64,000 bases of DNA from Felis catus (GCF_018350175.1 NC_058369.1:7132001-7196000), one strand, 5' to 3'; positions 1-14,950 are shown, numbered from the stretch's first letter. Translations and numbers: made by a program. Notes: generated by a model from the letters alone, not told the origin.

Positions 1-2261
1 CTACTCTATCTTGTCTGTAGTCCTGTGGGATATTGCTGAAAAAGATAAACGCACAGGCAAGAAAGCATCCAGTGGGTATAAACCATATCGCCGACTCTAC
101 GTTCATGTGAACTAAGGGGCTATGTAATGTTTAACAGAGATTTTTATTTGTTTTTGTTGCCAGTTCTGTGCTAAAGACCAAAAATCAGAAATGAATGAGA
201 CTCAAGTCATTTCCCTTCACTCAGTATACTCAGTATGCTTGTATAAGGACAAAATAAAATGTCGTGTCAGATATCCAGGGAAATCCATACCTTGAAATTA
301 CAGGATATTTTAATCAAATAGTATGAAACTAGCCTGTTAATCATAAGGATATCTAAACTTTGACATTTCTATACACATTCATCACATATACAGTTTCTAA
401 TATACCATTTAATCCTTGCAACTAGCACAAAGGAGGAAGATAGTTTAAGGAAAATCTAGGAGCAGGGACAAGAGAGATCTGCCCTGAATAATAAGTGGCT
501 GATCCTTCTATGATCCCTACCTTGATCTCAGCTATCTTTCCTACAGCTTATTACTATAGCCTAGCTGGTGCAGCAAGGGGTACCTATTACTCTCCCCTTA
601 GGTCTACTGGAAACCACCAAAGGGAAAAGCACTGGGGGGGGGGGGGGGGGCATGTCTCTGCCTGAAGTGATCCAGCAAGTAAAATGACAGACTGGGTTAG
701 TAGGAGGGAATAATGGCTAGGTGTCCTATGTCTGGAGTCTGGATGTGAGGATTCAACTCTGAATTCATACCCATTTTATTTCATGACTTAATACAAGTTA
801 CATTTAAATACCGTGTCCTCTTCATCTGTAAAATGATAATGTGTGTTCCTGTTTCTTGGGGCGTCATTACACAGATGAAATGAAACAATCTACACAAAAC
901 ACTTAGCTCACAGCCTGCCGCTTAGGAAACCAATGAAAATTAATATCATACCTACTGTCTTCATCATCATCATCACTTTGTGATTTTGGAGTACTCAAGG
1001 GACAGTTTAGAAAGACCTGATCATGCCATGTGGGAGTAATGCCTATGGGAGCTAGAACCAGTGTGGGAGGAAAGCAGAACACTGAATGGAGTAAACTTCA
1101 TATTGCTTGGAGTGGAAACTTTGCATGTTGGTGCCCTACCATCTGTCTAACCCAAATGTCCTGCTTGTCCTGACAATAAGGAAACTGTGCTCCCCCAGTG
1201 CCTCCTCCATCCACTACCTGTCATGGCACTCACTGGCTACACTGTGACTTTGCTGGTGCATGACCAAGGAGGGACAGTGTGCTGCCCCTCTCCTGCCTGG
1301 TGAGTGGTAATGGCAGAGGGTTTGTCCCCAGGACTGGCAGACAGACTCCAGCCAGGCCTCCTGATGTAGATTAATACTCTGCGAGGAGATACAGGTAAGA
1401 AGCCCACTAGACAGGGACTAGCAACCTGAAAGATTGGAGACACAGGCTGATTATGGTATTGTGGCCTTGAGAGCTGGATGCAGAGCTCATAATTAGCTGA
1501 AGTGGTTCACGAACTCCATTCCCTGTAGACTTCACAATCCTGGACAACCAGAGGAGAAAACGTGTCCTTGGTCCAGCTCAATTACTTCTGAGTCCCACCT
1601 CTTCCCAGGGGAAGTTCATCTGGCCTCCTCTAGTCATATACCCACAAGGAAGGCTCTTCCTGTAAAGACTTTTTCCACTTAAAATTTCCATTGCAATTTT
1701 GATTTGTTGAACATTGATGATGAAATGATACCAGGAATATTGGCATCTTTATTGTTAACATTTCCCATGCTAGAACCTGAAAACATCTCTATATTTGAAC
1801 GTATCTTTTTTTAATTTAAACTGTTTATTTCCATTATCTAGCACTCTTGTTTATTCTGAGTGTTTCTAGTTGTTTGAGTAGAATTATTTTATCTGAAATT
1901 ACTCATCACTGTGAACAGTCAACACATTACAGCTATAAGGTGTTTCAAGTAGTAGCTGATGTAATTACTCAATAAACCTTTTAGTTAAATCAAGCTGTCA
2001 ATATTTATATAATGCTAACAATGTGCCACATGTTTTCAAAGATAAAGCAAGGTTGGTCTTTCACATTTTATGAACTGGATTCTCTCCTTCCCTTATAACC
2101 ACACTCCTTCCATAACATAGGGAGCTCATGTCATATGGATGGCTGAGAAGATACTTGGTGCTTGCCTAAAAGATGTCAAGTGAGTTTGCACTAGAATGTT
2201 GCTCTCAGCCCCATCTGACCCCAATAGCTGTCTAGACTCTTCAAAATTCTTTGGTCTCTGG

Positions 2262-2490
2262 AGGCAGTATAGTTTAATATTAAAAATCATGGGTTCTGGA
2301 TTCAGACATAGTTCCACCACATACCATGCAATTCCAGGCAATTAATGAGCTCATTTGTAACTCTATTTCACCATGTATATTATGTTGATAATAAGTACCC
2401 AACTCATAAAATCTTTGTGATCAAATAAGTTAATACATGGAAGTTAAAACAGTGAATGACACAGAATAAAAGCTCATTAAAGGTTAAATA
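2262..2490 (+). mobile_element. MIR SINE remnant (another at about 720-945)
   Basis: gaggcagtatagtttaatattaaaaatcatgggttctgga head and an MIR core-like sequence. Confidence 0.55.
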
Positions 2491-3038
2491 CTTCCTTTCA
2501 CCTCTTCTCTTTTCATAAAACCAGGGCAGCCCCTTCTCTTCAAGTCATCTCTGAAACAAATCTTAGTTCTTTAAACTCTTCCAGAGTCTAAAAACGTGGG
2601 GGCAGTGAAGGAAGTGTTTCTGATCCAACAGAATGGATGTGATCCCTGCCCCATCCAAGCCACTCGACCAGTACTTTCTATCTGTATCTCTTATGTTGCT
2701 GAATGGCTTTGGTTTATGGCCAATGTTGATAATATATCTGCCTTAGACTAAACACAAAAACTTGTTTCTTGTTCCTTGCCTATTTTTAACACCTTACAGA
2801 TTTAATATATTAGCCTTAAAATAGATTTCATAATTGAGAAAGTAACAGAAAAGCAACTATTAGTAAACTGAATCCGCCAATCACCATGACTGGAGATGTA
2901 GTCCAGATGTGCAAGACTGGTCCATTATTTGAAAATCAGTGTGATCTACTGTATCGACTAGGCTAGGATATCAATTGATGCAGAAAAGGCATCTGACAAA
3001 ATCCAAAACCTATATTCATGATTAAAAAAAAAAATCTC

Positions 3039-3254
3039 GGGGCGCCTGGGTGGCGCAGTCGGTTAAGCGTCCGACTTCAGCCAGGTCACGATCTCGCGGT
3101 CCGTGAGTTCGAGCCCCGCGTCAGGCTCTGGGCTGATGGCTCAGAGCCTGGAGCCTGTTTCCGATTCTGTGTCTCCCTCTCTCTCTGCCCCTCCCCCGTT
3201 CATGCTCTGTCTCTCTCTGTCCCAAAAATAAATAAACGTTGAAAAAAAAAAAAA
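3039..3254 (+). mobile_element. Young felid CanSINE (SINEC_Fc type)
   Basis: ggggcgcctgggtggcgcagtcgg head, CT-rich body, A tail, TSD A(n)TCTC. Confidence 0.95.
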
Positions 3255-3601
3255 TCTCTGCAAACTAGGAAGAGAACTTAATTTGATGAAAAGCAAACAC
3301 ACTGTTAGCAATAAAAAAGGACACAGCTTCACACAACTTGGATGGATCTCAAGGGGATTATGCTGAGTGAAAAAAAGTCTATCTCCAGAAGGTTACATAC
3401 TGTATGATTTCATTTATATAATATTCTTGAAAAAACAACATTACACAGATGGAGAACATATTGTACTTGTTGAGGCTAGTGATGTAGAGGTTTGGGTCTG
3501 AATACAAAGTAGTTTAAAGTTCTTTTGTGCTGATGAAACAGTTCTGTATCTTGACTGTGGTAGTAGGTCCATTCATCTACACAAGTGCTCAAACTGCAAA
3601 G

Positions 3602-3603
<2 letters not shown>

Positions 3604-3642
<39 letters not shown>
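3604..3642. repeat. (CA)n microsatellite
   Basis: Direct reading. Confidence 0.95.
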
Positions 3643-3645
<3 letters not shown>

Positions 3646-4069
3646 CATTCATATTGGTGAAATCTGAATAAGCTCTTGGATTTCTACTGGGGAAAACTGA
3701 GTGAGGGATACATGGGATTTCCCCATACATATTTTTTTTTTTTACTTTGAATCTATAATTATTTCAGTAGAAAAGAATTTATACACACATACCCCAAACT
3801 CAGGATGAGAAAGCTTAAGTGGCTTTTTAAAAGTCATAGAGGTAGGGTCAAAAATTGAATACTAGGAATTAGGTGTCTGCATTCCCCAGTCCAGTTTTCT
3901 TTCCATTCCACCAAGGAAGACCCAGGACCTTAGGATAACAGACACATAAACAGTATTTTTCTGCACCTATCTCAAACATATTGCTACTGATAATGTTAAT
4001 GGTAGAAAGTTCTGACTGGATAGGCTTATAAGTAGACTGGGCATAGCAGAAGACAGGCCCTGATACAAG

Positions 4070-7000
4070 TATCTATCTCAAAAAACTAGAATTAAATTAA
4101 ACCCAAATATAATAGAAGGGAATAAAACCAGAAATTAAAGAATCAGAAAGAAGAGTAAAGTTCTCCTTTCTTTGAAAAAATTAATATATCTAAAGTTTCT
4201 TTGAAAAAATATCTAAATCCCTAACAGGATGAAGAAAAAGGAAGAAAACACACATATTACCACCATCAGAAATGAAAAGGGGATAGAATTACAGCTTTCA
4301 GACATTAAAAAGGAATTAAAGGCTATTTTCAACAAATTTATGTCAACATGTTTGAAAAGTTATGAAATGGACAGATACAATTTAGCAAAACTAACACAAA
4401 AACAAATAAAAAAACCTGAATAATCTTTTGTCATATATAAATAATTTGGTGTAATTCATCAGTGAAACTATCTTAAAAAAACTTTTGTGAAGAAAACCCA
4501 AAAGATTCACTGGTGAATTATTCCAAACATAAAAGGCCTAACAGGTTCAATTTTACACAAAGTGTTTCAGAACAGTTTCTAGCTCCTTTTAAGAGGCAAT
4601 ATAAATCTGATATAAAACACAGACAAGTATATTAAAAGAAACTACAAGATAAGCCTCTAATTACCAGACATAACTAATTCTAGCAAAGTGAAAAGGCTAA
4701 TTGGCTAATATATACCACATCCAAGTGTGGCTCATTCCAGATACACATGTTATTTTACCATCTGAAAATCAAGGAATGTAGTTAATTCACCATATTAATA
4801 AACTGAAGGATTTTTGTTGTTGTTGTTAAGACCATGATTCATGCAGAAAAGGCACTGGATAAATATCAATATTCACTCACAACAATAAGAAAATACTCGA
4901 CAAATTGGGGATAAAATGAAATCGCCTTCATTATTATTTTTTGAAAGACATTCTCTATTTTTTTTTTTAACATTTTTGTTTAAGTAATCTCTACACCCAA
5001 CGTGGGGCTCGAACTCATGACCCTGAGACCAAGAGTCAGATTGTCTTATGGTCGGAGGAGGAGCCAAGATGGCAGAACAGCATGGAAGCTTTTTTTGCAT
5101 CTCACGTCCATGAAATGCAGCCAGATCAACACTGAACCATCCTGCACACCTAGAAAACTGATTTGAGGATTAACACAACAATCCACACAATCTGAACCAC
5201 AGAACTCAGCAGGTATGTGGCACAGAGAGGTGAACTGGGGGAGAGAGAAGCCACAGAAAGCAGGGAGCTGTTTTTGCTTATGCAGAGAGGACACAGATGT
5301 GGGGAGTACGGGAAAAGCACCCCTCCCCCCCAAAGCAGCTGGAGAGAAAGTGGAAAAGTGGAAACAGCCACAGGGGCTGAACTAAAAAGGGAGAAAGGAG
5401 AAAGGAGAGGGTTTAAATTCCACTAAAACTCTACAAAGAGGGAGCGCAGAGTCTGAAACTCTCCAGTTCCATACCTGGGGGTGCTCTGGTGGGAAGGGCA
5501 AGTCCCCAGGAGCAGAGTGGAGTCCGGGGGGGGGGCTTCGGGCCACATGGGGAGAGGCGGTTCCCCTGCTGGGAGGACAGCTGGTAGAGGCTGTGTGGCC
5601 CCCACACAGGCAAAGGTGCCAGCAGACAGGAGAACAACATTCGCTGGTGCTGGAACAAGGTCGTTAAGGGGGAAGTCCGGTGCCAGACGCGTGCTGCGAT
5701 TTCCCATAATCCCTGAAACGGGAACTTTTTCTGGGGCGGGTGGGCACCCGGCCACAGTCTCTGAGCATCGGCGGCAGCACAGTCCCTCGAATGTTCCTGG
5801 GTGCTGCTAGCACCCGCCATTGTTCGGTGAGACCCTCCCCCTGAAGGTCTGAGTGGGGGGGAGGGGGAGCCGCATTCCTTCATAAGTAAGGGGTCAGGAA
5901 ACACAGCCGCGTCTGGGATAAAACTCAGTAGGGAGGTGCCACCTGGCAACCTGATGGCTTGCTCACGGACAGTGTAAAAGCAGGGAGTGGACGGAAGCCA
6001 GAGACAAAGGACAGGTACACGATTGCTGGTCAGGGAGAACAGAGTTCCGATACTAGTCTGACTAGCTGGATGACGCCATTTTCACCCCGCTCGCGCATGT
6101 GCATACACACCTACAGGGGCCACAACAATCGACCCTAGTAAATTAAGCAGCGCCACCTAGTGGAGAACAGAGCCTTTACACTAAACCCCACCCAACCGGG
6201 CCAACCTCGCTCTTCAGAAACACCACAAGTCTCTCTGCCCGCTTAGTTTACATACTGTAAATTGCTTCATAGTTTGATGTTAGGGGAAAATGATGTAATT
6301 TAAATTGTATTTCTGTTTGCTGGTCCACCTATTCAATTTTTTTTCTTCTTTTTTATTTCTTTTTCTTTAATACAGAAACAGAAAAATTTCATTTTCAATT
6401 TTTATTAAAAATATTTTTCTTTAACTTTTTCTACTATATTTTTTACACTTTTGTAAATTTTTCAAAATCTATTTTACTTCCATCATTTCACTTTATCCTA
6501 TTTTATTCATTTTTTTCAAATTTTCAGGTTTTCCCTCCCCCCCACCCCCTTTTTCTCTAATCTATCAAGCTCCTTTCAACAACCAGACCAAAACACATCT
6601 AAGATCTAGCAACATTTATTTGACTTGTGTGTGTGTGTGTTTAAATTTTTATCTTATTAACTTCTTTTCACCATTCTAAATGACGAAGTAAAGGAATTTA
6701 CCCCAAAAGAAAGAGCAGGAAGAAACGAGGCCCAGGGACTTAACCAACACAGGTACAAGCAAGATGTCCAAACCAGAACTTAGAATCATAATAGTAAGAA
6801 TACTAGCTGGGGCCGAAAATAGATTAGAATGCCTCTCTGCAGAGATAAAAGAAGTAAAAGCTAGCCAGGATGAAATAAAAAATGCTGTAACTGAGCTTCA
6901 CTTTCCAATGGATGCCATGGTGGCAAGGATAGAGGAGTCAGAGCAGCAAATCAGCCATACAGAAAACAAACTTATGGAGAATAATGAAGCAAAAAGAAAA

Positions 7001-10000
7001 AAAATAAAAGAGGAGACAAGGTGAAAGAACACAATTAAAGAATGACAGAAATCAGTGACTCATTAAAAAGGAATAACATCAGAATCACAGGGGTCCCAGA
7101 AGATGAAGAGACAGTAAAAGGGGTAGAGGGTTATGTGAGAAAATCATGCAGAAAACTTTCCTAACCCAGGGAAAGACAGACATCAAATTCCAGAGAGCAC
7201 AGAAGAGTCCCATTAGATTCAACAAAAACTGACCATCAGCTAGGTATATGATAGTCAAACAAAATACTCAGGCAAGGAAAGAATCATGAAAGCAGCAAGG
7301 GAAAAACAGTCCCTAACCTACAAGGGAAGACAGTTCAGGTTTGCAGCAGACCTATCCACAGAAAATTGGCAGGCCAGAAAGGAGAAGCAGGATATATTCA
7401 ATGTGCTGAATCGGAAAAATATGCAGCCAAGAATTCTTCATCCAGCAATGCAGTCATTCAAAATAGAAGAGATTAAAAATTTCCCAAACAAAAATTAAAG
7501 GGGTTTGTGACCAGTAAACCAGCACTGCAAGAAATTTTAAGGGGGAGAGAAGACGGAAAGAGGGGAGAAACGATGGGGAAAAAAAAAAGGACCAAAAGCA
7601 AAAAAGACTAAAAAGGACCAGAGAACACCAGAAACTCCAACTCTACAAGAAACATAATGGTAATAAACTCTATCTTTAGTACTCACTCTAAACATCAATG
7701 GACTAAATGCTCCAATCAAAACACACAGGGTAACAGAATGGATAAGAAAACAAGATCCATCTATATGCTGTTTACAAGACACCCATTTTAGACCTAAAGA
7801 CACCTTCAGATTGAAAGGGGATGAAGAACCATCTATCATGCTAATGTCACCAAAAGAAAGCTGGAGTAGCCATACTTATATCAGACAATCTAGACTTTAA
7901 AATAAGAACTTTAACAAGAGATGAAGAAGGGTATTATATCATAATTAAGGGGACTATCCACTAAGAAGACCTAACAATTGTAAATATTTATGCTCTAAAT
8001 GTGAAGCGCCCAAATATATAAATCAATCACAAACATAAACTCATTGATGATAATATCATAATAGTAGGGACTTCAACACCTCACTTACAGCAATGGACAG
8101 ATATCTAAACAGAAAATCAACAGGAAACAATGGCTTTGAATGACACACTGGACCAGATGGACTTAACATATATTCAGAACATTTCATCCTAAAGCAAGGG
8201 AATATACATTCTTCTGCAGTGTACATGGAACGTTCTCCAGAATAGATCGCATACTGGGACACAAACAAGCCCTCAACAAGTACAAAAGGATCAAGATCAC
8301 ACTGTGCTTATCTTCAGACCACAAAGCTATGAAACTCAAAATCAGCCACAAGAAAAAATTTGGAAAAACAAACACTTGTAGACTAAAGAACATCCTAGTA
8401 AAGAATGAATGGGCTAAACAAGAAATTAAAGAGGAAATTAAAAAGTACATGGAAGCCAATGAAAATGGTAACACCACAGCCCAAAACCTCTGGGATGCAA
8501 CAAAGGCAGTCATAAGAGGGAAGTATATAGCAATCCAGGCCTTCCTAAAGAAAGAAGAAAGGTCTCAATATATGACCTAACCTTACACCCTAAAGAGCTG
8601 GAAAAAGAACAGCAAATAAAACCCCAACCCAGCAGATGACAGGAAATAATAAAGATTAGAGCAGAAATCAATGCTATTGAAACCAAAACAAAAAACGAAA
8701 CAAAACAAAACAAAACAAACAAACAAACAAAAAAAAAAAAACAGTACAACAGATCAACGAAACCAGAAGCTGGTTCTTTGAAAGAATTTAAAAAATTGAT
8801 AACCCCCTAGCAAGTTTGAGCAAAAAAAAAAAAAAAAAAAAAAGGGAAAGGACCCAAATAAATAAAATCAAGAATGAAAGAGGAGAGATCACAACCAACA
8901 CTACAGATAATAATAATAAGCAATAATAGAATATTATGAGCAACTATACGCCAATAAAATGGGCAATCTAGAAGAAATGGACAAATTCCTAGAAACCTAC
9001 AAACTACCAAAACTGAAACAAGAAGAAATAGAAAATTTGAATTGACCCATAAACAGTAAAGAAATCAAATTAGTAATCAAAAATCTTCCAAAAAACAAGA
9101 GTCCAGGGCCAGATGGCTTTCCAGAGGAATTCTACCAAACATTCAAGCAAGAGTTAACACTTCTTCTCTTGAAGCTGTACCAAGAAATAGAAATGGAAGG
9201 AAAACTTCCAAACTCATTCTATGAAGCCAGCATTACCTTGATTCCAAAACCAGACAAAGATTCCACGAAAAAAAGAACTATAGACCAATTTCCCTGATGA
9301 ACATAGATTCAAAATTTCTCAACAAGATATTAACAAACCGGATCCTACATTAAAAAAATGATTTACCACAACCAAGTGGGATTTATACCTGGGTTGCAGG
9401 ACTGGTTCAATATCCACAAAACAATCAACGTGATTCATCATATCAATAAAACAAAGGACAAGAACCACATGATCCTCTCAATAGATGCAAAGAAAGCATT
9501 TGACCAAATACAGCATTATTATTTGATAAAAACCCTCAAGAAAGTAGGGATAGAAGGATCATATCTCGAGATCATAAAAGCCATATATGAGAGAACAACT
9601 GCTATTATCATCCTCAATGGGGAAAAACTGAGAGCTTTCCCCCTAAGGTCAGGAACAAGACAAGGATGTCCATTCTCGCCACTGTTATTCAACATAGTAT
9701 TGGAAGTCTTAGCCTCAGCAATCAGACAACACAAAAAAATAAAAGGCATCCAGATCAGCCAGGAGGTCAAACTTTCACTCTTCGCAGATGACATGATACT
9801 TTATATGGAAACCCACAAGATTCCACAAAAAAAACTGCTAGAACTGATCCATGAATTCAGCACAGTCTCAGGATATAAAATCAATGTACAGAAATCGGTT
9901 GCATTCCTATACACCAATAATGAAGCAACAGAAAGAGAAAGCAAGGAATCGATCCCATTTACCGTTGCACCAAAAACCATAAAATATGTAGGAATAAATC

Positions 10001-12545
10001 TAACCAAAGAGGTAAAAAATCTATACACTGAAAACCATAGAAAGGTTATGACAGAAATTGAAGAAGACACAAAAAATGGAAAAATATTCCATGCTCCTGG
10101 ATAGGAAGAACAAATATTGTTAAAATGTCAATACCACCCAAAGCAATATGCATATTTAATGCAATACCTATCAAAATAACACCAGCATTCTTCACAGAGC
10201 TAGAAGAAACAATCCTAAAATGTGTGTGGAACCAGCAAAGACCCTGAATAGCCACAGCAATCTTGAAAAAAAAAAAAAAAAAAAAAAACCCAAAGCAGAA
10301 GGCATCACAATCCCGGACTTCAAGCTATATTACAAAGCTGTAATCATCAAGAAACTATGGTACTGGCACAAAAACACTCAATGGAACAGAACAGAAAACC
10401 CAGAAATGGACCCACAAACGTATGGCCAACTAATCTTTGATGTAGCAGGAAAGAATATCCAATGGAATAAAGACAGTCCCTTCAGCAAGTGGCGCTGGGA
10501 AAACTGAACAGCAACATGCAGAAGAATGAAGTTGGACGACTTTCTTACACCATACACAAAAAATAAACTCAAAATGGATGAAAGACCTAAACATAAGACA
10601 GGAAGCCATCAAAATCTCAAAGAGAAAGCAGGCAAAAACCTCTTTGACCTTGGCTGCAACTTCTTACTCAACACGTCTCCAGATGCAAAGGAAACAAAAG
10701 CAAAAATGAACTATTGGGACCTCATCAAAATAAAAAGCTTCTGCACAGTGAAGGAAACATCAGCAAAAGTAAAAGGCAACCGACGGAATGGGAGAAGATA
10801 TTTGCAAACGACATATCAGATAAAGGGTTAGTATCCAAAATCTATTAAGAACTTCTCAAACTCAACACCCAAAAGCAACTAATCCAGTGAAGAAATGGGC
10901 AAAAGACATGAATAGATACTTCTCCAAAGAAGACATCCCTGGCCTTGTCATCCATGGCCAACTGACACATGAAAAAATGGTCAACATGACTCGTCATCAG
11001 GAAAATAGAAATCAAAATCACAATATGATACCACCTCACACCTGTCAGAATGGCTAACATTAACAACTCAGGCAACAAAAGTTGTTGGCGAGGTGCAGAG
11101 AAAGATGATCTCTTTTGCACTGCTGGTGGGAATGCAAACTCGTGCAGCCAATCTGGAAAATAGTACGGAATTTCCTCAAAAAATTAAAAATAGAACTACC
11201 CTTTGACCCAGCCACTGCACTAATAGGTATTCATCCAAGGGACACAGATATGCTGTTTTGAAGGGACACATGCACCCCAATGTTTATAGCAGCACTATCA
11301 ACAATAACCAAAGTATGGAAAGAGCCCAAATGTCCATCGACAGATGAATGAAGATGTGGTATATATAAGACAATGGAGTATTACTCAGCAATCAAAAAGA
11401 ATGAAATCTTGCCATTTGCAACTATGTGGATGAAACTAGAAGGTATTATGGTAAGCAAAATTAGAGAAAAACAAGTATCATATGACTTCACTCATATGAG
11501 AACTTTATGATACAAAACAGATGGACATAAGAGAAGGGAAGCAAAAATCATATAGAAACAGAGAGAGGGACAAAACATAAGAGACTCTTAAATACGGAGA
11601 ACAAACTGAGGGTTATTGGAGGGGTTGTGGGAGGGGGTACGGGCTAAATGGGTAAGGGACATTAAGGAATCTACTGAAATCATTGTTGCCCTATCTGATA
11701 ACTAATGAATGTAAATTTAAAAAAAAATAATAAATTAATAAAATTAATGTATGAAAACTATAGTTATTATTATACTTCTGAAATATGGCACATTTCCCCC
11801 TAAGATCAGGAACAGGACAAAGATGCTCATATTCATCATTTCTATTCATCATTATAAAGCAATGAGGTGAAAAAAAAACCCACAAAGTTTAGAAACCAAG
11901 TTAAGACGTTTTGGGGTGCCTGGATGGCTCAGTCAGTTAAGCATCCAACTCTTGATCTCAAGGTCATGAGTTGAATCCCTGCATTGGGCTCCACACTGGG
12001 CGTGAAGCCTGCTTAAAAAAAGAAAAGGGAGGGGGAGAATCAAGTAAGACTTTCTTTCGTAACTGACAGGATTGTATACACAGAAAATCCAAAATAATCC
12101 ACAAACTATTTGAATAATATTTCAAATAATAATTTAATTTATGAATGTCATTGGATAAAAAGATCAAAGTACAAAAAGAAATTGCAATTCGCGCTAGCTG
12201 AAAAAAAGGAAATAAATAAAAATATTTACAAAGCAAAACATACCACATACCTAGAAATAAATTAAAAATATTCAAGACCTCTACAATTAAACCATGAAAT
12301 ACTGTTAAGAGAAATTACAGACAACCTTGGTAAATGGATGATTATATTATGTTCAATCGGAAGACTCAGTATCATAAAGATGTCAATTTCATTCAGGTTA
12401 TTGCATCAAGTCAATGCCAATTCCAAGCATATTCTCAGCGTATTTGTGAAAATTGATAAGGAAATTCTAAAAATATAGAAACAAATGAAGAATAGAAAAA
12501 TTGTGTCTCACTACCAGATTTCCCTACATACTACAAAGCAACATA
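4070..12545 (+). mobile_element. Old L1M fragment split by a SINE and the full-length L1 (parts about 4070-4955 and 11746-12545)
   Basis: Diverged ORF2 sequence continues across the insertion (gcagaaaaggcactggataaa ... ttccccctaagatcaggaacagga). Confidence 0.7.
5052..11745 (+). mobile_element. Full-length degenerate carnivore/felid LINE-1
   Basis: 5'UTR starts ggaggagccaagatggc. ORF1 remnant from about 6680 and ORF2 remnant from about 7657, with the RT motif LFADDMILY in ORF 9358-10104. A-rich 3' tail; many stops and frameshifts. Confidence 0.95.
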
Positions 12546-14950
12546 GAGATTGAGAAGCCATCTTTAGCAATCTAAAGATATGTTAACAGATGGCGTCTAA
12601 CCTTTATGAAAGGATTTCTACAATTACTTAGCCCTTGTTGAGTTACCAGACTTCAGTTCCCCACTATTGCTAAGACCACAGAAGCACAACATGCTAGCAG
12701 ACAAGATTACCTCTATTCCCATATCCGCACTTGCCCACTGCTGCCTCCTCCCCTCTCTGTATACATGACAGTTGTCAGGACTCTGACTCAGTGCAGACTC
12801 TACTCTGGTTTCTGGATGAGCATGGGAGCCTGCCTTAAACAAATCGGGACACTGCACTGTGACTCGATAACAATTAGCAAGTGAGCCAGTCAGATTCTAC
12901 TATAATCAGCATATTGGAGTTATTCAAAAAGGCCATCGATTCTTTTCTCCCTGAGACTTCAACATGGAAAGAAAGAGCCTGGATCTTCTGGGACCTACAG
13001 CAGAGAGAAATAGCCTGCCAGGAAGAATAGCTAACCCAAAAATGCACAGCCAAGACACACAGAATTCGTCAAGATAATAAACTATAGCTTACAAAAATGA
13101 GAAGAGTGAAAAGAGAAGCCAGAGACTGGGAAATGTTATTTGTAATATATGTATATATAATATACGTAACATATACACACACACATATATATAAAGGTTT
13201 TATATATGTATGTATATGTACTTAGATATAGAGATACACATACATACAAGAAAGGATAAATACCTAGAAACCCTTCAAATAAAAAAGGAACCAAGCATGG
13301 GTGAAATGCTTCAACAGGATGCCCTCATAAAAGATATCCAACAAGCATGTAAAACGTACTTCTCATCCTTACATATCAGGTAACTGCAAACTAAAACCAA
13401 AGCAGTATGTTACCATATCCTCTGCTGGATGGCTGAAATTAGAAAGTTTGGCCAGCTAAATGGAATAATCGCAATTTCCCCACATTGCTTTTAGGATGAT
13501 AGGTGTAATCTACCTTTTTGAAAAACTGCAGTAACTATCGAAACTAAAGATAAAGTCTATCCAGTGATCTCATTCCTACATACAAAACGTATATCAAGAG
13601 AAATGAGTGTTAAGTCTGTGAAAGGAGCAATTAAAACGTAAACCAGACACCACACTAAGAAACCAAACACGTAATTGTACATATTGTATTTAAGCACTTA
13701 GATAAGGATCAAGAAAATCAAGAATAAGCAAACCTAATAAATTGAATGAAAAGTCAAAATTGTGGTTTCCTTTGTGGAACAATTATTGACAAGGCAGATA
13801 AATAAACTTTCTGGAATCCTGGGAATGTTCTGATTATCAGGGTGTGTACATAAGAAAAATTTCATCAAGTTATACACTTAGGAGTAGCACACTTCATGCA
13901 TATTGGTATATATATGCTTTACTAAAAGAGCAGAAAATGATAAAGGGAAAGTGCCATAGGTATACTTTCAGAAATAAAGTGGAAATGTAACGGAAGGGAA
14001 AAGTATAGCTAAATGTACCTGAAGAAGCATAAACTAAAGAACTCCTTTCTCAAAAAAGCAGAAAAATGTTTGAAGGTGTCAAATATACATCTTCCTCCAG
14101 TAAAATAGGATGACACCCTGTCTGATGCTTACAATTATAACTAATCTTCCCTGCCGTCCACAGCTCTTCTCACTTGAGGTCCCAGGGGATTTACATAGCT
14201 GTCTTTCCCCTTGAGCAAAGTGACGTGATGGATTGGACCACAGATAACAATCCTGCTCCAAAATGGCGCCAATTCTACATATTCAGTTGATGTGCCAGAG
14301 GGACTATAGTATCAGCAAAATGACAGTGCTGGAACTTGCCAGAAAATCTAAGAAGCTGTGTATGACCATGATGGAGGAACTTATGGAGAGGTCTACAGAG
14401 CTGCTGTCTCTGAGGTTACTGAAGTGAAAACATATAATGTTCCGTTTCAAGCTAGAATTCATTGGTGGGTCAGTAATCAGGAAAATGAGCTGGAAACTGA
14501 AGCCCACCTGGCCCCTATGCATCTGTCTTCATTGGATGGCTCCACTAAATGAAGAATAATGGCTTCTTCTGCCTTCCCATTTCATGCAAACTACTTTCAA
14601 CAACTCTAACCTGGAACTGGATAAAGGAAATGATTTTGAGAAATGAAGTCCCAACCATGTCCAACACATACAAGCCAGCTCAACCAACTTTACTTCTAGC
14701 TTTCTTCTCACAAGGTCTCTTTTTAAACTCAAAACACTGGGTCCAACTCCCAGCCTTGAGTAAGGACAAAGAACAACATACAAAAACAAGGTATCAGAGG
14801 TGACTCTTCTTTCGAGAACTTTGCACTTATTAATTTCTGCTGAAATTGCGTATTAGACAGGAAAAGCTTTTAATAGTAAAAACTGATAACATCAAAAACT
14901 AGAAGTTCTTAGTTAAAAAAAAAAAAAAAAAGAAAGAAAGAAAAAGAAAA

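Noticed and set aside
3018..3242. Recurrent GAPGWRSRLSVRLQPGHDL and WDRERQS ORFs
   Set aside because: Translations of CanSINE sequence.
9358..10104. 248-aa reverse-transcriptase ORF as an active or domesticated gene
   Set aside because: A fragment of an L1 ORF2 that is broken by stops and frameshifts on both sides.
14358..14552. GGTYGEVYRA resembling a kinase Gly-rich loop
   Set aside because: No VAxK, HRD or DFG motifs nearby; probably chance.
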